Source: Eledone cirrhosa (taxonomy: Eukaryota). Taken from it: DNA of 64,000 bases. The notes under the pieces are model-generated. The model saw only the letters and a list, made by a program, of their open reading frames with translations, did not search any database and was not told where the DNA came from. Shown piece by piece: positions 55,890-64,000 of the stretch (positions are counted from its first letter, which is position 1; each line of letters starts with the position of its first letter). The stretch spans positions 22,382,001-22,446,000 of the forward strand of contig OZ024742.1 in NCBI GenBank assembly GCA_964016885.1, given 5' to 3'. A program made the translations under genes and the position numbers.

Positions 55890-58800
55890 CATGGTGGTGG
55901 TGGTGATGGTGGTGTTAATGTTTGTGATGGGTGATAGTGGTGTTGATGTTGTTGGTGTTGTTGTTGGTGTTGTTGTTGGTGTTGTTGTTATTGGTGTTGT
56001 TGTTGGTGGCGGTGGCGGTGGTGAAGGTTATGTTAATGTTTGTGGTGGTGATAGTGGTGTCATTGTTGTTCTTATTGGTGGTGGTGGCGGCGGTAGTGAG
56101 ATTAATGTTTGTGGTGGTAATAGTGGTGTTGTTGTTGTTCTTGTTGGTGGTGGTGGTGGTGGCTGTAGTGATGTTGATGTTTGTGGTGGTGATAGAGGTG
56201 TTGTTGTTGTTCTTGTTGGTGGTGGTGGCGGTGGCTGTAGTGATGTTGATGTTTGTGGTGGTGATAATGGTTTAATTGTTGTTGTTGTTGTTGTTGGTGG
56301 TGGTGGCGGTAGTTATGTTGATGTTTGTGGTGGTGGTGATGTTAGTGTTTGTGGTAGTGATGTTGGTGGTGGTGATATTGGCAGTGTTGGTGGTGGTGAT
56401 GTTAGTGTTTGTGGTAGTGATGTTGGTGGTGGTAGTATTGGCAGTGTTGGTGGTGGTGATGTTAGTGTTTGTGGTAGTGATGTTGGTGGTGGTGGTATTG
56501 GCAGTGTTGGTGGTGGTGATGTTAGTGTTTGTGGTAGTGATGTTGGTGGTGGTGATGTTAGTGTTTGTGGTAGTGATGTTGGTGGTGGTGGTATTGGTAG
56601 TGTTGGTGGTGGTGATGTTAGTGTTTGTGGTAGTGATGTTGGTGGTGGTGGTATTGGCAGTGTTGGTGGTGGTGATGTTAGTGTTTGTGGTAGTGATGTT
56701 GGTGGTGGTGGTATTGGTAGTGTTGGTGGTGTTGATATTAGTGTTTGTGGTAGTGATGTTGGTGGTGGTGGTATTGGTAGTGTTGGTGGTGGTGATGTTA
56801 GTGTTTGTGGTAGTGATGTTGGTGGTGGTGGTATTGGCAGTGTTGGTGGTGGTGATGTTAGTGTTTGTGGTAGTGATGTTGGTGGTGGTGGTATTGGCAG
56901 TGTTGGTGGTGTTGATGTTAGTGTTTGTGGTAGTGATGTTGGTGGTGGTGGTATTGGTAGTGTTGGCGATGGTGATGTTAGTGTTTGTGGTAGTGATGTT
57001 GGTGGTGGTGGTATTGGCAGTGTTGGTGGTGGTGATGTTAGTGTTTGTGGTAGTGATGTTGGTGGTGGTGGTATTGGCAGTGTTGGTGGTGGTGATGTTA
57101 GTGTTTGTGGTAGTGATGTTGGTGGTGGTGGTATTGGTAGTGTTGGCGATGGTGATGTTAGTGTTTGTGGTAGTGATGTTGGTGGTGGTGGTATTGGCAG
57201 TGTTGGCGGTGGTGATGTTAATGTTTGTGGTAGTGATGTTGGTGGTGGTGGTATTGGTAGTGTTGGTGGTGGTGATGTTAGTGTTTGTGGTAGTGATGTT
57301 GGTGGTGGTGGTATTGGTAGTGTTGGCGATGGTGATGTTAGTGTTTGTGGTAGTGATGTTGGTGTGGTGGTATTGGCAGTGTTGGTGGTGGTGATGTTAG
57401 TGTTTGTGGTAGTGATGTTGGTGGTGGTGGTATTGGCAGTGTTGGTGGTGGTGATGTTAGTGTTTGTGGTAGTGATGTTGGTGGTGGTGGTATTCGTAGT
57501 GTTGGCGGTGGTGATGTTAGTGTTTGTGGTAGTGATGTTGGTGGTGGTGGTATTGGCAGTGTTGGCGGTGGTGATGTTAGTGTTTGTGGTAGTGATGTTG
57601 GTGGTGGTGGTATTGGTAGTGTTGGTGGTGTTGATGTTAGTGTTTGTGGTAGTGATGTTGGTGGTGGTGGTATTGGTAGTGTTGGTGGTGTTGATGTTAG
57701 TGTTTGTGGTAGTGATGTTGGTGGTGGTGGTATTGGCAGTGTTGGTGGTGGTGATGTTAGTGTTTGTGGTAGTGATGCTGGTGGTGGTGGTATTGGCAGT
57801 GTTGGCGGTGGTGATGTTAGTGTTTGTGGTAGTGATGTTGGTGGTGGTGGTATTGGCAGTGTTGGCGGTGGTGATGTTAGTGTTTGTGGTAGTGATGTTG
57901 GTGGTGGTGGTATTGGCAGTGTTGGCGGTGGTGATGTTAGTGTTTGTGGTAGTGATGTTGGTGGTGGTGGTATTGGCAGTGTTGGTCACGGTGGTGATGT
58001 TAGTGTTTGTGGTAGTGATGTTGGTGGTGGTGGTATTGGCAGTGTTGGTGGTGTTGATGTTAGTGTTTGTTGTAGTGATGTTGGTGGTGGTGGTATTGGC
58101 AGTGTTGGCGGTGTTGATGTTAATGTTTGTGGTAGTGATGTTGGTGGTGGTGGTATTGGCAGTGTTGGCGGTGGTGATGTTAATGTTTGTGGTAGTGATG
58201 TTGGTGGTGGTGGTATTGGCAGTGTTGGCGGTGTTGATGTTAATGTTTGTGGTAGTGATGTTGGTGGTGGTGGTATTGGCAGTGTTGGCGGTGGTGATGT
58301 TAGTGTTTGTGGTAGTGATGTTGGTGGTGGTGGTATTGGCAGTGTTGGCGGTGGTGATGTTAGTGTTTGTGGTAGTGATGTTGGTGTGGTGGTATTGGCA
58401 GTGTTGGTGGTGGTGATGTTAGTGTTTGTGGTAGTGATGTTGGTGGTGGTGGTATTGGTAGTGTTGGCGGTGTTGATGTTAATGTTTGTGGTAGTGATGT
58501 TGGTGGTGGTGGTATTGGTAGTGTTGGCGGTGGTGATGTTAGTGTTTGTGGTATTGATGTTGGTGGTGGTGGTATTGGTAGTGTTGGTGGTGTTGATGTT
58601 AGTGTTTGTGGTAGTGATGTTGGTGGTGGTGGTATTGGCAGTGTTGGCGGTGGTGATGTTAGTGTTTGTGGTAGTGATGTTGGTGGTGGTGGTATTGGTA
58701 GTGTTGGTGGTGTTGATGTTAGTGTTTGTGGTAGTGATGTTGGTGGTGGTGGTATTGGTAGTGTTGGCGGTGGTGATGTTAGTGTTTGTGGTAGTGATGT

Positions 58801-61800
58801 TGGTGGTGGTGGTATTGGCAGTGTTGGTGGTGGTGATGTTAGTGTTTGTGGTAGTGATGTTGGTGGTGGTGGTATTGGTAGTGTTGGTGGTGTTGATGTT
58901 AATGTTTGTGGTAGTGATGTTGGTGGTGGTGGTATTGGTAGTGTTGGCGGTGGTGATGTTAGTGTTTGTGGTAGTGATGTTGGTGGTGGTGGTATTGGTA
59001 GTGTTGGTGGTGTTGATGTTAATGTTTGTGGTAGTGATGTTGGTGGTGGTGGTATTGGTAGTGTTGGCGGTGTTGATGTTAATGTTTGTGGTAGTGATGT
59101 TGGTGGTGGTGGTATTGGTAGTGTTGGCGGTGTTGATGTTAATGTTTGTGGTAGTGATGTTGGTGGTGGTGGTATTGGTAGTGTTGGCGGTGTTGATGTT
59201 AATGTTTGTGGTAGTGATGTTGGTGGTGGTGGTATTGGTAGTGTTGGCGGTGGTGATGTTAATGTTTGTGGTAGTGATGTTGGTGGTGGTGGTATTGGCA
59301 GTGTTGGCGGTGTTGATGTTAGTGTTTGTGGTAGTGATGTTGGTGGTGGTGGTATTGGCAGTGTTGGTGGTGGTGATGTTAGTGTTTGTGGTAGTGATGT
59401 TGGTGGTGGTGGTATTGGCAGTGTTGGTGGTGGTGATGTTAGTGTTTGTGGTAGTGATGTTGGTGGTGGTGGTATTGGGAGTGTTGGTGGTGGTGATGTT
59501 AGTGTTTGTGGTAGTGATGTTGGTGGTGGTGGTATTGGCAGTGTTGGTGGTGGTGATGTTAGTGTTTGTGGTAGTGATGTTGGTGGTGGTGGTATTGGCA
59601 GTGTTGGTGGTGGTGATGTTAGTGTTTGTGGTAGTGATGTTGGTGGTGGTGGTATTGGGAGTGTTGGTGGTGGTGATGTTAGTGTTTGTGGTAGTGATGT
59701 TGGTGGTGGTGGTATTGGCAGTGTTGGTGGTGGTGATGTTAGTGTTTGTGGTAGTGATGTTGGTGGTGGTGGTATTGGCAGTGTTTGTGGTAGTGATGTT
59801 GGTGGTGGTGGTATTGGTAGTGTTGGTGGTGGTGATGTTAGTGTTTGTGGTAGTGATGTTGGTGGTGGTGGTATTGGCAGTGTTGGTGGTGGTGATGTTA
59901 ATGTTTGTGGTAGTGATGTTGGTGGTGGTGGTATTGGTAGTGTTGGCGGTGTTGATGTTAATGTTTGTGGTAGTGATGTTGGTGGTGGTGGTATTGGTAG
60001 TGTTGGCGGTGTTGATGTTAGTGTTTGTGGTAGTGATGTTGGTGGTGGTGGTATTGGTAGTGTTGGTGGTGGTGATGTTAATGTTTGTGGTAGTGATGTT
60101 GGTGGTGGTGGTATTGGTAGTGTTGGCGGTGGTGATGTTAATGTTTGTGGTAGTGATGTTGGTGGTGGTGGTATTGGTAGTGTTGGCGGTGTTGATGTTA
60201 ATGTTTGTGGTAGTGATGTTGGTGGTGGTGGTATTGGTAGTGTTGGCGGTGGTGATGTTAATGTTTGTGGTAGTGATGTTGGTGGTGGTGGTATTGGCAG
60301 TGTTGGTGGTGTTGATGTTAGTGTTTGTGGTAGTGATGTTGGTGGTGGTGGTATTGGCAGTGTTGGCGGTGTTGATGTTAATGTTTGTGGTAGTGATGTT
60401 GGTGGTGGTGGTATTGGTAGTGTTGGTGGTGATGATGTTAATGTTTGTGGTAGTGATGTTGGTGGTGGTGGTATTGGTAGTGTTGGTGGTGATGATGTTA
60501 ATGTTTGTGGTAGTGATGTTGGTGGTGGTGGTATTGGCAGTGTTGGTGGTGGTGATGTTAATGTTTGTGGTAGTGATGTTGGTGGTGGTGGTATTGGTAG
60601 TGTTGGTGGTGGTGATGTTAATGTTTGTGGTAGTGATGTTGGTGGTGGTGGTATTGGCAGTGTTGGCGGTGTTGATGTTAGTGTTTGTGGTAGTGATGCT
60701 GGTGGTGGTGGTATTGGCAGTGTTGGTGGTGTTGATGTTAGTGTTTGTGGTAGTGATGTTGGTGGTGGTGGTATTGGCAGTGTTGGTGGTGGTGATGTTA
60801 GTGTTTGTGGTAGTGATGCTGGTGGTGGTGGTATTGGCAGTGTTGGCGGTGGTGATGTTAGTGTTTGTGGTAGTGATGTTGGTGGTGGTGGTATTGGCAG
60901 TGTTGGCGGTGGTGATGTTAGTGTTTGTGGTAGTGATGTTGGTGGTGGTGGTATTGGCAGTGTTGGCGGTGGTGATGTTAGTGTTTGTGGTAGTGATGTT
61001 GGTGGTGGTGGTATTGGCAGTGTTGGTCACGGTGGTGATGTTAGTGTTTGTGGTAGTGATGTTGGTGGTGGTGGTATTGGCAGTGTTGGTGGTGTTGATG
61101 TTAGTGTTTGTTGTAGTGATGTTGGTGGTGGTGGTATTGGCAGTGTTGGCGGTGTTGATGTTAATGTTTGTGGTAGTGATGTTGGTGGTGGTGGTATTGG
61201 CAGTGTTGGCGGTGGTGATGTTAATGTTTGTGGTAGTGATGTTGGTGGTGGTGGTATTGGCAGTGTTGGCGGTGTTGATGTTAATGTTTGTGGTAGTGAT
61301 GTTGGTGGTGGTGGTATTGGCAGTGTTGGCGGTGGTGATGTTAGTGTTTGTGGTAGTGATGTTGGTGGTGGTGGTATTGGCAGTGTTGGCGGTGGTGATG
61401 TTAGTGTTTGTGGTAGTGATGTTGGTGTGGTGGTATTGGCAGTGTTGGTGGTGGTGATGTTAGTGTTTGTGGTAGTGATGTTGGTGGTGGTGGTATTGGT
61501 AGTGTTGGCGGTGTTGATGTTAATGTTTGTGGTAGTGATGTTGGTGGTGGTGGTATTGGTAGTGTTGGCGGTGGTGATGTTAGTGTTTGTGGTATTGATG
61601 TTGGTGGTGGTGGTATTGGTAGTGTTGGTGGTGTTGATGTTAGTGTTTGTGGTAGTGATGTTGGTGGTGGTGGTATTGGCAGTGTTGGCGGTGGTGATGT
61701 TAGTGTTTGTGGTAGTGATGTTGGTGGTGGTGGTATTGGTAGTGTTGGTGGTGTTGATGTTAGTGTTTGTGGTAGTGATGTTGGTGGTGGTGGTATTGGT

Positions 61801-64000
61801 AGTGTTGGCGGTGGTGATGTTAGTGTTTGTGGTAGTGATGTTGGTGGTGGTGGTATTGGCAGTGTTGGCGGTGGTGATGTTAGTGTTTGTGGTAGTGATG
61901 TTGGTGGTGGTGGTATTGGTAGTGTTGGTGGTGTTGATGTTAATGTTTGTGGTAGTGATGTTGGTGGTGGTGGTATTGGTAGTGTTGGCGGTGTTGATGT
62001 TAATGTTTGTGGTAGTGATGTTGGTGGTGGTGGTATTGGTAGTGTTGGCGGTGGTGATGTTAATGTTTGTGGTAGTGATGTTGGTGGTGGTGGTATTGGC
62101 AGTGTTGGCGGTGTTGATGTTAGTGTTTGTGGTAGTGATGTTGGTGGTGGTGGTATTGGCAGTGTTGGTGGTGGTGATGTTAGTGTTTGTGGTAGTGATG
62201 TTGGTGGTGGTGGTATTGGCAGTGTTGGTGGTGGTGATGTTAGTGTTTGTGGTAGTGATGTTGGTGGTGGTGGTATTGGGAGTGTTGGTGGTGGTGATGT
62301 TAGTGTTTGTGGTAGTGATGTTGGTGGTGGTGGTATTGGCAGTGTTGGTGGTGGTGATGTTAGTGTTTGTGGTAGTGATGTTGGTGGTGGTGGTATTGGC
62401 AGTGTTGGTGGTGGTGATGTTAGTGTTTGTGGTAGTGATGTTGGTGGTGGTGGTATTGGGAGTGTTGGTGGTGGTGATGTTAGTGTTTGTGGTAGTGATG
62501 TTGGTGGTGGTGGTATTGGCAGTGTTGGTGGTGGTGATGTTAGTGTTTGTGGTAGTGATGTTGGTGGTGGTGGTATTGGCAGTGTTTGTGGTAGTGATGT
62601 TGGTGGTGGTGGTATTGGTAGTGTTGGTGGTGGTGATGTTAGTGTTTGTGGTAGTGATGTTGGTGGTGGTGGTATTGGCAGTGTTGGTGGTGGCGATGTT
62701 AATGTTTGTGGTAGTGATGTTGGTGGTGGTGGTATTGGTAGTGTTGGCGGTGTTGATGTTAATGTTTGTGGTAGTGATGTTGGTGGTGGTGGTATTGGTA
62801 GTGTTGGCGGTGTTGATGTTAATGTTTGTGGTAGTGATGTTGGTGGTGGTGGTATTGGTAGTGTTGGCGGTGGTGATGTTAATGTTTGTGGTAGTGATGT
62901 TGGTGGTGGTGGTATTGGCAGTGTTGGTGGTGTTGATGTTAGTGTTTGTGGTAGTGATGTTGGTGGTGGTGGTATTGGCAGTGTTGGCGGTGTTGATGTT
63001 AATGTTTGTGGTAGTGATGTTGGTGGTGGTGGTATTGGTAGTGTTGGTGGTGATGATGTTAATGTTTGTGGTAGTGATGTTGGTGGTGGTGGTATTGGTA
63101 GTGTTGGTGGTGATGATGTTAATGTTTGTGGTAGTGATGTTGGTGGTGGTGGTATTGGCAGTGTTGGTGGTGGTGATGTTAATGTTTGTGGTAGTGATGT
63201 TGGTGGTGGTGGTATTGGTAGTGTTGGTGGTGGTGATGTTAATGTTTGTGGTAGTGATGTTGGTGGTGGTGGTATTGGCAGTGTTGGCGGTGTTGATGTT
63301 AGTGTTTGTGGTAGTGATGCTGGTGGTGGTGGTATTGGCAGTGTTGGTGGTGTTGATGTTAATGTTTGTGGTAGTGATGTTGGTGGTGGTGGTATTGGTA
63401 GTGTTGGCGGTGGTGATGTTAATGTTTGTGGTAGTGATGTTGGTGGTGGTGGTATTGGTAGTGTTGGTGGTGGTGATGCTGGTGGTGGTGGTATTGGCAG
63501 TGTTGGTGGTGGTGATGTTAATGTTTGTGGTAGTGATGTTGGTGGTGGTGGTATTGGCAGTGTTGGTGGTGTTGATGTTAGTGTTTGTGTTAGTGATGTT
63601 GGTGGTGGTGGTATTGGCAGTGTTGGTGGTGGTGATGTTAATGTTTGTGGTAATGATGTTGGTGGTGGTGGTATTGGCAGTGTTGGTGGTGGTGATGTTA
63701 ATGTTTGTGGTAGTGATGTTGGTGGTGGTGGTATTGGCAGTGTTGGTGGTGTTGATGTTAGTGTTTGTGGTAGTGATGTTGGTGGTGGTGGTATTGGCAG
63801 TGTTGGTGGTGTTGATGTTAGTGTTTGTGGTAGTGATGTTGGTGGTGGTGGTATTGGCAGTGTTGGTGGTGTTGATGTTAGTGTTTGTGGTAGTGATGTT
63901 GGTGGTGGTGGTATTGGTAGTGTTGGCGGTGGTGATGTTAATGTTTGTGGTAGTGATGTAGGTGGTGGTTGTATTGGCAGTGTTGGCGGTGTTGATGTTA
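55890..64000. repeat. 60-bp GT-rich tandem satellite (GGTGATGTTAGTGTTTGTGGTAGTGATGTTGGTGGTGGTGGTATTGGCAGTGTTGGTGGT) with diverged ~63-bp leading units
   Basis: Exact 60-nt periodicity over long stretches from ~56335; runs off the right edge of the window. Confidence 0.97.

Noticed and set aside
55831-63961. 800-1000-aa Val-rich or Thr/Asn/Pro-rich ORFs (mucin-like)
   Set aside because: Products of a stop-free 60-bp satellite; open in several frames on both strands; 1-bp indels shift frame; no signal peptide or unique domain

Overview
Eukaryotic, repeat-dominated intergenic or intronic DNA. The (TA)n/(CA)n microsatellite density and SINE types suggest an invertebrate, probably an octopus-like cephalopod (inference). 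No host gene is convincingly present. Both ends are satellite arrays: a ~37-43-bp C-rich satellite at 1-18560 and a 60-bp GT-rich satellite at ~55890-64000, each with kb-scale higher-order duplications. The central ~35 kb is dominated by Penelope-like retroelements (PLEs) and their derivatives. (i) A very young PLE has an uninterrupted RT + GIY-YIG ORF (30563-33514), a long Asn-rich insert and ~527-bp near-identical inverted arms. (ii) A second, unrelated 5'-truncated PLE (GIY-YIG only) has ~1-kb inverted arms. (iii) Several small non-coding units are fold-back or ~1.5x tandem and sit in (TA)n. By eye I find about 8 different type I hammerhead-ribozyme motifs (CUGANGA...GAAA...UH) in these units, including unusual architectures: an ~80-nt stem II insert, a long extended stem I, and palindromic stem III. 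Also present: tRNA-derived SINEs with TSDs, a hAT-like transposase remnant, an RTE LINE remnant, MITE-like units with telomere-like repeats, and an unnamed TA-embedded fold-back repeat family. Most ORFs in the supplied track are microsatellite or satellite artefacts. All alignments and folds were done by eye, so boundaries may be off by a few bases.
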